In this document: in pieces, positions 16,333-26,570 of the stretch
Layout of the letters: every line of letters starts with the position of its first letter
Numbering within the stretch: position 1 is the first letter of the stretch
Virus record (IMG/VR): IMGVR_UViG_3300029705_000156
Length of the DNA stretch: 55,636 nucleotides
Strand: one strand, 5' to 3'
Origin: a virus
Made by a program: the position numbers and the translations under genes
The notes under the pieces: generated by a model
Told to the model about the DNA's origin: nothing
The model's database searches: none
The model's input: only the letters and a program-made list of their open reading frames with translations

Positions 16333-17409
16333 ATGAATATTAGAGATGCTTATAGTTCAAAAGCGATTGCAGTTAGACACAATGAAGTGGCAAGCAACAA
16401 GCAGCCGTATCTTGGTGTTGGTTTGTTCCCTGCAAAGAAGAAAACAGGTCTTGACCTTAAATGGATTAAGACTTCAAAAGGATTGCCTGTTTCCTTAATG
16501 CCTAGCGCATTTGATACAGTTTCTACAATCCGTAGCCGTGAAGGTTTCCAGATTACTGAAACAGAGATGGCGTTCTTCAAAGAGTCTATGCTTATCAAAG
16601 AAAATGACGAGCAGGAAATTATGCGTATTCAGGATTCTTCTGACCCATTCGCACAGGAAGTATTAGACAGAATCTATGATGATGCTGAAACACTTATCGA
16701 AGGTGCAGAAGTTGTACCCGAAAGAATGAGAATGCAGTTATTATCTTCCGCAACAGGAAATCCTAGTATTTCTATTTCGGCTGATGGTGCTACATACTCT
16801 TACAACTATGACCCCGACAACACATACAGGACAAACAACTTTACAGAGTTGCTTGGTACAGATATGTGGTCTGATACCGCAAATTCTGACCCTATCCAGG
16901 ATGTTATGGATGCACAGGATGCGGTTGAAGCAAAGACAGGTGTTAGACCTTCTATCTTAATTGTTTCAAAGCAGACAATGAACTACTTAAAGCAGAACAC
17001 AAAGGTTCGTTCTTATACACTTGCACAGAATGTAACTGCTAACATCATTATGACAGATAATCGTGTTAAGGAAACATTCTCTACTGAATTAGGCGTAACA
17101 ATCATTGTTTACTCTAAACAGTACAAGGACGAAAGCGGCGTTGTTAAGAAGTTCTATCCCGATGGTATGGCTACACTTATCCCGGATGGTGCATTAGGTA
17201 ATACTTGGTATGGTATGACACCCGAAGAAAGAACGCTTATTAGCAGACCCGAAGCAGATGTTACTATCGTTGATGGCGGTGTTGCAGTTTCCGTAACTGT
17301 TACAGAAGATCCCGTACACACAAAGACAACTGTTTCCGAAATCTGCTTACCTTCTTTCGAGCGCTTAAATGAAACTTATACACTCAAAGTCGGAACAGTA
17401 TCTTACTAA
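16333..17409 (+). CDS. Major capsid protein (lambda gpE-like family)
   Basis: 358 aa. The N-terminal pattern YLGVGLFPAKKKTGLDLKWIK...SLMPSAFD is typical of the Phage_cap_E family. Confidence 0.8.
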   Translation: MNIRDAYSSKAIAVRHNEVASNKQPYLGVGLFPAKKKTGLDLKWIKTSKGLPVSLMPSAFDTVSTIRSREGFQITETEMAFFKESMLIKENDEQEIMRIQDSSDPFAQEVLDRIYDDAETLIEGAEVVPERMRMQLLSSATGNPSISISADGATYSYNYDPDNTYRTNNFTELLGTDMWSDTANSDPIQDVMDAQDAVEAKTGVRPSILIVSKQTMNYLKQNTKVRSYTLAQNVTANIIMTDNRVKETFSTELGVTIIVYSKQYKDESGVVKKFYPDGMATLIPDGALGNTWYGMTPEERTLISRPEADVTIVDGGVAVSVTVTEDPVHTKTTVSEICLPSFERLNETYTLKVGTVSY

Positions 17410-17483
17410 AATTGAAAATATGTTGCAAATGGGGTGGGCGTTGGCTTGCCCCTAATTGCATTTATTAGAAAGAGAGGTAAGGT

Positions 17484-17804
17484 ATGAAATTCGACCATAG
17501 AGTTAAATTTAAGGGCATTTTGTATGAGATAGGTCAAGATGTTCCAATGGAAGAAAAGAAAGCCGTAGAAAAGGCAAATACAAAGCCACAAGATGTAGCA
17601 AAAGAAAAAGTTGCCGACGATTTTTCGCAGTATATGAATGCGCCGGAAATCGCAGAAGAAAGTACGGAAGTGAAATACACAAAAACCGAAATCAATCGTA
17701 TGCCTACTGCTGATTTGAAGAAGTTGGCAAAAGAAAACGGTATTGAAGATGGTTTGACGGGTGCAGAAATCAAAAAGGCTTTGATTGAGAAGTTTGAATT
17801 GTAG
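17484..17804 (+). CDS. Protein with C-terminal Rho-N/SAP-like HeH motif
   Basis: MPTADLKKLAKENGIEDGLTGAEIKKALIEKF. Confidence 0.45.
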   Translation: MKFDHRVKFKGILYEIGQDVPMEEKKAVEKANTKPQDVAKEKVADDFSQYMNAPEIAEESTEVKYTKTEINRMPTADLKKLAKENGIEDGLTGAEIKKALIEKFEL

Positions 17805-17815
17805 GAGTTGCGAAT

Positions 17816-18163
17816 ATGGAAACAATGCAAGAATTAACTGAATATGTGCGTGATAAGGCAAAAGATTATGTGACAGAAACAGGCGAAACAATGACAGAAT
17901 TTCCGTTGTCTATTGTGGATTTTGTTATTGAACATATTTCGCAGAATTGCCACTTTCCCAGCCATTTTGCAGAGAAGAACATTGTTTCCGATTTGTCAAA
18001 AGGTAAAAACACTTTGGCTATGGCTTGTGTAGATGTTTATGCAAAAGCCGGAGCAGAAGGACAGAAGTCACACTCCGAAAATGGCGTATCAAGAAGTTAT
18101 GAAAGCAGTTGGATAAGCCCTAGTATTTATAGTGCATTTCCAAACTATGTAACAATATTATAG
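17816..18163 (+). CDS. Head-tail connector (gp6-like)
   Basis: Size, position and a C-terminal EGQKSHSENGVSRSYE motif. Confidence 0.5.
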   Translation: METMQELTEYVRDKAKDYVTETGETMTEFPLSIVDFVIEHISQNCHFPSHFAEKNIVSDLSKGKNTLAMACVDVYAKAGAEGQKSHSENGVSRSYESSWISPSIYSAFPNYVTIL

Positions 18164-18267
18164 TAGTCAGTGCGTGGGGGCGGCTTGAAAGAGACTTGTC
18201 GTTTCCGCAGGGTAAAGTCTGTAATTGGTGGTGGGGAACAGACAAATGGAACTTGAGAGGTAATGTA

Positions 18268-18576
18268 ATGGATGGTGCATTAACAAGAGCAGAGCATAAC
18301 GAATTTGCTAGGCGAATGGAAGATGAACATACACGGCAAAACAAACGTATTGGGGAGTTGGAAAAGGTTGTAGAGCAAAACAACAAACTTCTTGTATCGG
18401 TTGAAAGATTAGCGTTAAGTATGGAAACAATGCAAAAAGAGCAGGCAGACCAAGGCGATAGACTTGCAAAACTCGAAGCTAGAGATGGCGAAATGTGGCG
18501 AAAGTTGATTGGTTATGCGGTTACTGCTGTTGTTGGCATTATTATCGGATTTTTGTTTAAGCAATTTGGTATGTAG
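18268..18576 (+). CDS. XhlA-like membrane protein (coiled coil plus C-terminal TM)
   Basis: RBS GAGAGG. Coiled-coil N-terminus with a single C-terminal TM (LIGYAVTAVVGIIIGFLF). Adjacent to the holin. Confidence 0.5.
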   Translation: MDGALTRAEHNEFARRMEDEHTRQNKRIGELEKVVEQNNKLLVSVERLALSMETMQKEQADQGDRLAKLEARDGEMWRKLIGYAVTAVVGIIIGFLFKQFGM

Positions 18577-18587
18577 TGAGGTGCAAT

Positions 18588-18794
18588 ATGAGTAATAAAG
18601 CATACGATATTATTAAATGGATTGTTGTTATTGTTCTTCCGTCAATTGGTACTCTTTACTTTGCATTAGCAGGTATTTGGGGATTGCCTTACGGAGAAGA
18701 AATTGTAGGTACTATTACCGCAATTGACACATTCCTTGGTGCGGTTATGATGATTAGCAACGCACAGTATAACAAAAGAGTTGGTTGCAAATGA
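18588..18794 (+). CDS. Holin (Dp-1/LL-H-type)
   Basis: Two TM segments. The motif LPSIGTLYFALAGIWGLPYGEEIVGTITAIDTFLG matches the Dp-1 holin pattern. Confidence 0.7.
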   Translation: MSNKAYDIIKWIVVIVLPSIGTLYFALAGIWGLPYGEEIVGTITAIDTFLGAVMMISNAQYNKRVGCK

Positions 18795-19186
18795 GAACCC
18801 TAAACAAGAATAAACAAAAGATGTATTACGCAACACTTGTCGATACTATTCAAGAAGAATATATTGACGAAGATGGAAACAGATACCCTACTGGCGAACC
18901 GAAAAACATTTATAGTGAACCTGTTGAATTTTACGGCAATATTGCTATGAGTGGTGGAGAAGCAGAAGCGGTTGAATTTGGCTTGAATTTAGCCGATTAT
19001 GAAGCGGTTTTGGTTGTAGGTAAGAATACCTTGCCTATAAAAGAAACAAGCCTTATTTGGCATACCGCAGAGCCTATAAAGGACATTGGTGGCAATGCAG
19101 ACGAATACAGTGCCGACTATCGAATTGTAAAAATTAGCCCTAGTCTTAATTTTGACAAGTATGTGCTGAAAAAGGTTGTGAAGTAA
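18791..19186 (+). CDS. Head-tail joining protein (position-based)
   Basis: ATGA overlap with the holin stop. 131 aa. Confidence 0.4.
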   Translation: MRTLNKNKQKMYYATLVDTIQEEYIDEDGNRYPTGEPKNIYSEPVEFYGNIAMSGGEAEAVEFGLNLADYEAVLVVGKNTLPIKETSLIWHTAEPIKDIGGNADEYSADYRIVKISPSLNFDKYVLKKVVK

Positions 19187-19713
19187 TGGCAAAGAGAGTA
19201 TTCAAAACCGATTTATCCGTAAAAGGCATTGAGAAACTAAAGAAAGAATTGTTGGAGTACAAAAGCAGTTTACAGTACAAAGTCGATTTATTGGCTAAAA
19301 CACTTGCAGAAGATGGAGTTGACATTGCTAGGGCAAATGTGGCGAGATTGGATGCAATATTTACAGGCGAATTGATAGCGAGTATTCATACGGAATATGG
19401 TGGCAGCACGAAAGGGACTGCCATTTTTTATATTGTAGCGGACAGTGAACATGCCGCCTACGTCGAGTTCGGAAGTGGGCAACTAGGGATGGAAGGTGGT
19501 TATCCTTATCCATTCCCGGAAGGTGTCGATTGGGAATATAACGTAGGAGAAAAGATATTTGAGATTTCGCCCGGACAATACGGTTGGTTTTATCAAGACG
19601 ATAAAGGAAACGTATATTTTACACAAGGTATGCCGTCAAGACCATTTATGTATGAAACATCTATGGAGTTGATGAACAGAGTAGTCAAGGTTGCAAGAGA
19701 GGTATTCAAATGA
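19186..19713 (+). CDS. HK97 gp10-like tail component
   Basis: The TGELIASIH segment resembles the gp10-family TGxLxxSI motif. Position supports the call. Confidence 0.5.
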   Translation: MAKRVFKTDLSVKGIEKLKKELLEYKSSLQYKVDLLAKTLAEDGVDIARANVARLDAIFTGELIASIHTEYGGSTKGTAIFYIVADSEHAAYVEFGSGQLGMEGGYPYPFPEGVDWEYNVGEKIFEISPGQYGWFYQDDKGNVYFTQGMPSRPFMYETSMELMNRVVKVAREVFK

Positions 19714-20120
19714 GCGATTGGTATATGATGATACCTCTTATGGTATTCACAAGGCTAAAGCAGAATTTTTCACAAACGATAAAAGACACATACAATATGA
19801 CAGACAGCAATTTTTCAACCGTGGGTAGCAGTAAAGCACCTGCGGTTTTTCCTTTTGTGTACTTCAATGCACTTCCGGCAAGCGAGCAAGGAAGAGATTT
19901 GCAAGGAACATCGGTCAATGGTGCGTTATTTACGTTCCAAGTAGATGTTTATAGTAACAAAACACAGAATGAAGCACGAAAAGTTATGTCCGAAGTTACA
20001 AAAGTGATGAAAACTATGGGATTTGAAATCAATTCAATGCCTAGTTTTGAAAGCACACAAGACGTACACCGAATGACGGCGAGATTTAGGCGGTCAATGG
20101 ATAAAGGCGATTATTTATAA
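19710..20120 (+). CDS. Tail completion protein (position-based)
   Basis: 136-aa track ORF overlapping the upstream stop. Confidence 0.4.
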   Translation: MSDWYMMIPLMVFTRLKQNFSQTIKDTYNMTDSNFSTVGSSKAPAVFPFVYFNALPASEQGRDLQGTSVNGALFTFQVDVYSNKTQNEARKVMSEVTKVMKTMGFEINSMPSFESTQDVHRMTARFRRSMDKGDYL

Positions 20121-20138
20121 AATTATGGAGGAAAGAAA

Positions 20139-20645
20139 ATGGCAACTGGTTTAAAAAGTAGAATCATTTACAGAGTTCAGACCAAAGAAGTAAGTGAAGC
20201 AAATTATTGGGAAGGTACTTACAAACTCTTAATTAGAGCAAAGTCAATCCCTAGTCCTTTTGGTTCAGCAAATATGGTTGATACTTCAACTCTTGAAGAT
20301 TTGGTTGAAACACAGGAAGAAGGAAGAAGAAGTGCGGCTTCAATGGAAGTACCCGGAGCATTTGAAAAGAAGTACAAAGATGCACTTGCAGAAGATGCAG
20401 GAAAGAAACTTGACTTCTGTATTCTTTATGGTACAGACGGCAGGGGTTCAGAAGGTATTTGTGCGTTTATCGGTACTGAAAGTTTTGCACCCGATGAAGC
20501 AACAGAAGACCACTTAACAGGAACGGCAACCGTAGCGATCGCAACAGTTCCCAAGTGGATTGAAGATGATTACGATGTAGAAGTAGTGGAAGATGAGTTG
20601 GGTTATCCCACTGAAATTACACTTACTGCAAAGGCTGGAGCATAA
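20139..20645 (+). CDS. Major tail protein
   Basis: 168 aa, immediately upstream of the chaperone pair, followed by a GAAA-tetraloop hairpin at 20666-20685. Confidence 0.5.
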   Translation: MATGLKSRIIYRVQTKEVSEANYWEGTYKLLIRAKSIPSPFGSANMVDTSTLEDLVETQEEGRRSAASMEVPGAFEKKYKDALAEDAGKKLDFCILYGTDGRGSEGICAFIGTESFAPDEATEDHLTGTATVAIATVPKWIEDDYDVEVVEDELGYPTEITLTAKAGA

Positions 20646-20720
20646 GAAGATTATTAGCAATAAGCGAGGGGGCGAAAGCCCTCTCCTTTCCGCTAATTAA
20701 GGCGGAGGAAAGGATAAAAT

Positions 20721-21176
20721 ATGAGAACATTAACAATTGGAAATAAAGACTACACTATCGAATTTAGCATTGAAGCATCTTTGCACAAGGATTGTACCGA
20801 AAAAATTACTGGCTTAATGACAAATGTGGCAATGGCGCAGAGCAATGCGGATATTAAAGAACTTATTTCTGCTATGGCAGATGTACCGCAGACCGCTTTA
20901 CATATGTTGCACGCAGGACTTCTTGAGCATCAAGAAAATTGGGATTTATCAAAAACAAAAGCGGTTGTTAAACAGTATTTGCTTGAAAGAAAAGGTCAAG
21001 AAGATGGAAATTATTATGCTTTAATGGAAATTTTGCTTGAAGATATGGGAAATGATGGTTTTTTCGAGCTGATTGGTTTGGACAAGATGTTCCAGACGGA
21101 AGAGACCAAAAAGAAACAGCCGAAGATGCCCCAAGACCACAAGAAGAAGTCAAGCACAAAAGTTATCGAGAATTAG
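20721..21176 (+). CDS. Tail assembly chaperone (gpG-like)
   Basis: Position upstream of the tape measure. Contains the slippery site. Confidence 0.6.
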   Translation: MRTLTIGNKDYTIEFSIEASLHKDCTEKITGLMTNVAMAQSNADIKELISAMADVPQTALHMLHAGLLEHQENWDLSKTKAVVKQYLLERKGQEDGNYYALMEILLEDMGNDGFFELIGLDKMFQTEETKKKQPKMPQDHKKKSSTKVIEN

Positions 21177-21547
21177 TCTATGAGGATATATTACCTTATG
21201 CCTTGACGATTGGTGTTCCTTATGAAACATTTTGGCATCTCACACCGAATAAATTAAGGGCATTTTATAAATCTTATAAGCAAAGGCAAAAAATAAAAGA
21301 TGAAGATATGTGGATAATGGGTCAATACATTATGTCTGCTTTGGATTCTACCGTTTGCAACAATTTCTTGTGGAAAGGCAAGCACGGAACTGCAAGCAAA
21401 TATTTTGAAAAACCTATGTTTTCGGATATTCAAGAAAATACAAAAGAAAACAAATACAAAGAATCAAAAGAAGAAATTGCGGTCTTTGAAATGAAACAAA
21501 GAATAAAATTGCTTGAGAAGCAAGGGCTTCCGCAAAGTCCTTCTTAA
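20721..21547 (+). CDS. Tail assembly chaperone frameshift product (gpGT-like), -1 shift at 21059-21065
   Basis: T-TTT-TTC heptamer in the zero frame (GGT TTT TTC). The -1 frame is open from 21056 to 21547. Confidence 0.6.
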
Positions 21548-21553
21548 TATTAG

Positions 21554-21585
21554 GACAGTAGTGTGTCATAGCCTACTGTCTTTTT
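21554..21585 (+). terminator. Intrinsic terminator between chaperone and tape measure
   Basis: Perfect 8-bp stem gacagtag/ctactgtc with an 11-nt loop, then TTTTT. Confidence 0.6.
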
Positions 21586-21649
21586 ACCGGCCATTCAGCA
21601 AAACGAGAATGGTCGCTAACTAAAAATAATTATTAGAGAGGTGGAAAGA

Positions 21650-24600
21650 ATGCCGACTGAAATTGATGCTTTATCCATAAGCATAGAAGCCAAAGCACAA
21701 AAAGCGAACAGTTCCATAGATAAATTAGTATCAAGGCTTGATGTTCTTTCTAATTCTCTTGGAAAGTCACAAAACGGAAGTAATAACCTTGTGGCACTTG
21801 GTAGGGGCGTAGAATCCTTGTCAAGAGGTATGCAGGGTTTTAAGGGCGTTGGCGAAGCAAAGTTTATTAGACTTGCAAACGGAATTAACCAACTTGCAAA
21901 TATCAATACGCAAGGTTTAAACAATGCGGCGAGTTCGTTGTCGCATATGACAAGAGCTTTTAATAACATTGGTGCGGTATCGCAAAATGCGGTTCAAGTA
22001 TCAGATTTAGCAAAAAACCTTGGAAAACTTGGTAATAAATCCGTAACAAATGCAATTACTAATATTCCGCAGTTAGCAACCGCAATGAACAACCTTATGA
22101 CTACGCTTTCAAAAGCACCAAAGGTTAGTGAGAATGTTATCAGAATGACTAACGCATTGGCGAATTTAAGCGCACAAGGTGCAAAGGTAGGTTCTGCATC
22201 GAATAGCATTTCAAAGGGGCTAAATAGGGCTTCTAACAGTGCTACAAGGGCAAGGGCAAGTTTTGGCGGATTGGCTAGTGCAATAGGTAAGTTTTACGCA
22301 ACTTATTTCTTGCTAATAAGGGCATTTAAAGGTCTTGGAAAAGCAATTGACAGTACCGCCGATTATCTGGAAGCATACAACTACTTTAATGTAGCACTTG
22401 GAAAAATCGGTAGCGATTGGTCGCACCAATTTGAGCAATACGGATATGAAAGTGCAGAAGCATACGCCGACAGTTTTTCGACAAGGTTGCAACAACGATT
22501 AAGCGGTCTTTCGGGTCTTTCAATACAAATGAACGCAGACGGAACAGGGTTGCTTACCGAAACAGGATTGCAAAATCTCGGTCTTAACTTGCAAGAAGTG
22601 ACACAGTACGCTTCGCAGTTAGCATCCGTCACAAACTCAGTAGGGCAGACCGGGGAAGTTTCCTTGGCAACGGCAAGTTCAATCACAAAATTAGGTTCGG
22701 ATTTGTCATCATTATTCAACTTAGATTATGCCGATGTAATGCAAAACTTACAAAGCGGTTTAATCGGTCAATCAAGAGCGTTATATAAGTATGGTATCGA
22801 CATTACGAATGCGACCTTGCAGACTTACGCTTATGAATTAGGTCTTGAAAAAGCCGTGTCGGAAATGACACAAGCCGAAAAGATGCAGTTGCGTATTTTG
22901 GCTATTTTAGACCAAAGTAAAGTGGCTTGGGGCGATTTGGCTAACACTATCAATTCTCCTAGCAATATGATGCGACAGTTTAGCAATAACGTAAAAGAAG
23001 TCGGAATGGTTTTAGGTCAGTTGTTTATCCCGGCTTTACAAAAAATTATGCCTGTTTTAAACGGTGCTACGATTGCGCTAAAGAGATTGCTTGTGAGTTT
23101 AGCAAACCTTTTGGGAATTAAACTTGATTTGGACAGTTTCGGTCAAGGTTTTAACTCTTTGGAAGATGATACAGACGAACTTGCAGACAGTTTGGATGGT
23201 GTATCAAAGTCGGCAAAGAAAGCCTATATGGGCTTACTTGGTTTTGATAAGTTAAACGTCATTAAAACACCTGACGATGCAAATAAATCAAAAGGCAGTG
23301 GGGTAAGCGGCGGTACTATTGATTTAACCGATGAAATTTTAGACGCTACCAAAGAATACGAAAAGGCTTGGCAAGATGCGTTTGACCAAATGGAAAACAA
23401 AGCGCAAGATTTTGCTGATATTATAGAAAAGATATTTAAGCCAATAGCGGATATTATTAAAGAAGATTTTGAGGATATTGAATGGGAAGCAATTTCTGAA
23501 AACATCGGAGATTTATCAGAAGCATTGCAACCTTACGCAGAAAACTTTGGAAAAGGTCTTTTGGACTTCTTTGAAGATTTGGGAGATATATCCGTAACAA
23601 CAATCAATAATTTGTTTGGCGAAGATGGTGCTGTAACAAAACTTACAGATTGGCTAAATAAAGGAGACCCCGAAAAAGCAGAAAAATGGGGTTATGCTTT
23701 TGGAGTTATTGCAACTGGTTTGTTAGCGTTTGCCGGATTGTCTGGTGTAGCAACAACAATTAGCCTTTTAGGTAAAGGTATTACACTGCTTGTTTCTCCT
23801 TTAACTAATTTGGTAAGCCTTGCAAAAGGTTCTACCGCTTTAGTTGGTTTGGCAACCGCATTAAAATCGCTTGGTGGCGTTGGCGGTTTGTTTACAATGG
23901 ATTTGGGGCTTATTTTCGGAGCGGGAACGGCAATGGAAATAGGACTTACAATAGGTGCAGGTTTAATTGCAGGAATTATAGCCGCTTGGGCAGGATTTGA
24001 TTTTGGAAAATGGTTGGGAGAAAAACTATTTCCAGAAGATGCGCAGTGGTATAAAGAGTTTAAATGGTTTGGAGAAGGCGGATTTTTTAAAGAATTAGAA
24101 AATGCCGGGTGGGCTAATGCCTTAATTGCTTTAAACAATATGGCTACCGATTTAGCATCTGTTATATTGCCGGACGAAGTTGCAAGCGAAATACAAATGG
24201 GGTTTGAAAAAGCAGTAAGGCTTTTAGAAAATTACGATTGGAGTAATCTAATAAACGACATAAAAGAAAACTTTTGGTTAGTTGCTTTTGATACATCTTT
24301 GATGCAACCTAACCCAATAGAGTTGGTGGTAGATTTCTTTAATCAAATATCAGAAAAAAGCAAGGTGTTTGCCGAGGGTATTAAAAAGATGTTTGAGTTA
24401 TTGATTGGTGGAATACACGATTTAATATCAAAAACAAAATTTGATTTTAACATCGGCGGTCTTAATTCTTTTGGAAATATAGGTACTGGAATTAAGGCTT
24501 ATGCAACTGGCGGATTCCCTAAAGAAGATGGATTGTTTTACGCAAACCATACGGAATTAGTAGGTAAATTCAGCAATGGAAAAACTGCGGTTGCTAACAA

Positions 24601-24784
24601 TCAGCAAATTACAGACGGAATTGAAGAAGCGGCATACCGAGGAATGATGCGAGCATTCTCAAATCAAGGTAATTATTCAAATGTAAACGTAACACTAGAG
24701 GGAGATGCAGGACGATTGTTTAGGGTGGTCAGAAAAGAAGCAGATAGCTTTAGCAGAACCACAGGCAGACCAGCATTTAGTTAA
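21650..24784 (+). CDS. Tail tape measure protein
   Basis: About 1044 aa, alpha-helical with central TM/Gly-rich segments. Canonical position. Confidence 0.8.
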   Translation: MPTEIDALSISIEAKAQKANSSIDKLVSRLDVLSNSLGKSQNGSNNLVALGRGVESLSRGMQGFKGVGEAKFIRLANGINQLANINTQGLNNAASSLSHMTRAFNNIGAVSQNAVQVSDLAKNLGKLGNKSVTNAITNIPQLATAMNNLMTTLSKAPKVSENVIRMTNALANLSAQGAKVGSASNSISKGLNRASNSATRARASFGGLASAIGKFYATYFLLIRAFKGLGKAIDSTADYLEAYNYFNVALGKIGSDWSHQFEQYGYESAEAYADSFSTRLQQRLSGLSGLSIQMNADGTGLLTETGLQNLGLNLQEVTQYASQLASVTNSVGQTGEVSLATASSITKLGSDLSSLFNLDYADVMQNLQSGLIGQSRALYKYGIDITNATLQTYAYELGLEKAVSEMTQAEKMQLRILAILDQSKVAWGDLANTINSPSNMMRQFSNNVKEVGMVLGQLFIPALQKIMPVLNGATIALKRLLVSLANLLGIKLDLDSFGQGFNSLEDDTDELADSLDGVSKSAKKAYMGLLGFDKLNVIKTPDDANKSKGSGVSGGTIDLTDEILDATKEYEKAWQDAFDQMENKAQDFADIIEKIFKPIADIIKEDFEDIEWEAISENIGDLSEALQPYAENFGKGLLDFFEDLGDISVTTINNLFGEDGAVTKLTDWLNKGDPEKAEKWGYAFGVIATGLLAFAGLSGVATTISLLGKGITLLVSPLTNLVSLAKGSTALVGLATALKSLGGVGGLFTMDLGLIFGAGTAMEIGLTIGAGLIAGIIAAWAGFDFGKWLGEKLFPEDAQWYKEFKWFGEGGFFKELENAGWANALIALNNMATDLASVILPDEVASEIQMGFEKAVRLLENYDWSNLINDIKENFWLVAFDTSLMQPNPIELVVDFFNQISEKSKVFAEGIKKMFELLIGGIHDLISKTKFDFNIGGLNSFGNIGTGIKAYATGGFPKEDGLFYANHTELVGKFSNGKTAVANNQQITDGIEEAAYRGMMRAFSNQGNYSNVNVTLEGDAGRLFRVVRKEADSFSRTTGRPAFS

Positions 24785-24791
24785 AAGAGAT

Positions 24792-24828
24792 AAGGGCAGT
24801 TGAGAAATCTTCTGTCCTTATTTTTTTT
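24792..24828 (+). terminator. Intrinsic terminator after tape measure
   Basis: Stem aagggcag/ctgtcctt (one G-T pair), followed by ATTTTTTTT. Confidence 0.5.
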
Positions 24829-24842
24829 ATATGGAGAAAACT

Positions 24843-25247
24843 ATGGCATATCAAGGATATTTAATAAAAGTTGGCAATTATGAAATTCCGTTGTCAATGA
24901 TGCGTGCTGAAACATACAAAGTAAGCAAGAAAATATTGGATTTAGACAGTTATCGTGATGCAAACGGCGAATTACATAGAGAAGCATTAGAGCATTTTTC
25001 GGCGGTTATTGCATTTAATATTCCGCCTTTAAAAACAAACAGGGAAATATCGGCATTTTTAAGCAATATTCAAGCAAATTACACAGTCCCACAAGAGCGC
25101 AAGGCGTTAGTCGAGTTTTATATGCCCGAAACCGACAACTATGTGACTATGAATATGTATATGCCCGACCCCGAATTTACTATATATATGGCAACAAAAG
25201 AACTTATAAAGTATAACGAAACACCGATTGAATTTATCGGATATTAA
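24843..25247 (+). CDS. Distal tail protein-like (position-based)
   Basis: First ORF after the tape measure. RBS GGAG. Confidence 0.4.
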   Translation: MAYQGYLIKVGNYEIPLSMMRAETYKVSKKILDLDSYRDANGELHREALEHFSAVIAFNIPPLKTNREISAFLSNIQANYTVPQERKALVEFYMPETDNYVTMNMYMPDPEFTIYMATKELIKYNETPIEFIGY

Positions 25248-25259
25248 GGTGGTGTTGTA

Positions 25260-26570
25260 ATGATTAACTATTCGTTGGAACATTTATTCAATGAAGATAG
25301 CGTAAAAAAAGACATTATTATTGATTATGGTATCGGTCAAATTACTAATAAAGATATTTACCAAGAAAGTTTTTCATTGTCAGAATCCCTAAATAGCGAC
25401 ACGCAGTTAAGATTTGGTAGTTGTGAAGCTAGTAAGGTTAGTTTTTCTATTAGAAACAACGGAATTGTAGCATTAAAAGACATGATGATTACAATATCTA
25501 TTGTTCTTGATAATAATTTTGAAAATCCTTTTGTATTGGGAAATTACACAGTTTATAGCGATACGTTATCAAAAGACAGAAGAAAAAGGGATATTGTTGC
25601 TTATGACGCAATGTACGAAATTATTAACGCAGATGTTATTGATTGGTGGAAATCGTTATCTTTTCCTATTACCATTAAAAACTTGCGTACATCACTTTTA
25701 AATTATTTTGGCATAGAACAACAAGAAATTGCATTAGTAAATGATGGTGCATATATTTACAATTCTCAATCCGAAGAAGACAGACTATCTGGCAGAACAG
25801 TTTTAAATGCTATTTGCGAAATAAATGGTGTGTTTGGACACATTAACAGAAGCGGAGTGTTTACTTATGTGTCGCTTGGTAATGCAAGCAGCGGTATTTA
25901 TCCTACGTTTGATTTGTTTCCGGGCGAAATGGTATTTCCGGGTACATATTCAGAAAATGTGGAAATACCAAGAAGTAGATATAAAGAATTGTTTTACGAA
26001 AACTACACGGCTAAAAAGATTGATACATTAGAAATTAGAAAAGAAAACGGAAGTATTGGCGCAAGTGCAGGAAGTAGTAATTACAATGCACGTTCAATGT
26101 CTATTCCAAACGTATATATTGTTCAAAATGACATAATAACTTACGGACAGAGTGAAAGTCAGCTACAAACAATGGCAACTAATATGTTAAATAAAGTTGA
26201 AAACGTAGCTTACGTTCCATCCGACGCAGAAGTAAAAGGAAATCCTTGTCACGAAGTTGGCGATTCTGTGGCGTTTTTGTCTGACGATGGAAGTTATGTG
26301 GACACATACATTTTGACAAGGAAATTAAGCGGAATACAAGCCTTAAAAGACACATATACGGCTGACGGAGTAGAAAGATATAGCCAAGAAGTAAACAAGG
26401 TTGATAAAAACATACAAAGCCTTAATTTTAAAACCGCTGATTTGAGCAGAAGATTATTTAATTTGGAACAAGGCGGACAAGCAATACCTATTGTTTCTGT
26501 GCCATCATTAACCGGCAATGAAGAATACGGAGTAGTGTATCTTGTGCAAGGAACGGTGGTGGTTGAGTAA
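25260..26570 (+). CDS. Tail/baseplate protein (Tal-like position)
   Basis: 436-aa track ORF, second after the tape measure. Confidence 0.45.
   Translation: MINYSLEHLFNEDSVKKDIIIDYGIGQITNKDIYQESFSLSESLNSDTQLRFGSCEASKVSFSIRNNGIVALKDMMITISIVLDNNFENPFVLGNYTVYSDTLSKDRRKRDIVAYDAMYEIINADVIDWWKSLSFPITIKNLRTSLLNYFGIEQQEIALVNDGAYIYNSQSEEDRLSGRTVLNAICEINGVFGHINRSGVFTYVSLGNASSGIYPTFDLFPGEMVFPGTYSENVEIPRSRYKELFYENYTAKKIDTLEIRKENGSIGASAGSSNYNARSMSIPNVYIVQNDIITYGQSESQLQTMATNMLNKVENVAYVPSDAEVKGNPCHEVGDSVAFLSDDGSYVDTYILTRKLSGIQALKDTYTADGVERYSQEVNKVDKNIQSLNFKTADLSRRLFNLEQGGQAIPIVSVPSLTGNEEYGVVYLVQGTVVVE

Noticed and set aside
17406-17891. 161-aa minus-strand ORF
   Set aside because: It overlaps two plus-strand structural-region genes and the capsid terminator. 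It is a shadow ORF.
21101-21112. Alternative slippery site CC-AAA-AAG in the chaperone overlap
   Set aside because: It is not a true X-XXY-YYZ heptamer, and the upstream T-TTT-TTC at 21059-21065 is canonical.
21616-24138. Several minus-strand ORFs (21616-21969, 22381-22719, 23224-23505, 23692-24138)
   Set aside because: All are antisense to the tape measure gene. They have biased composition and no translation signals.
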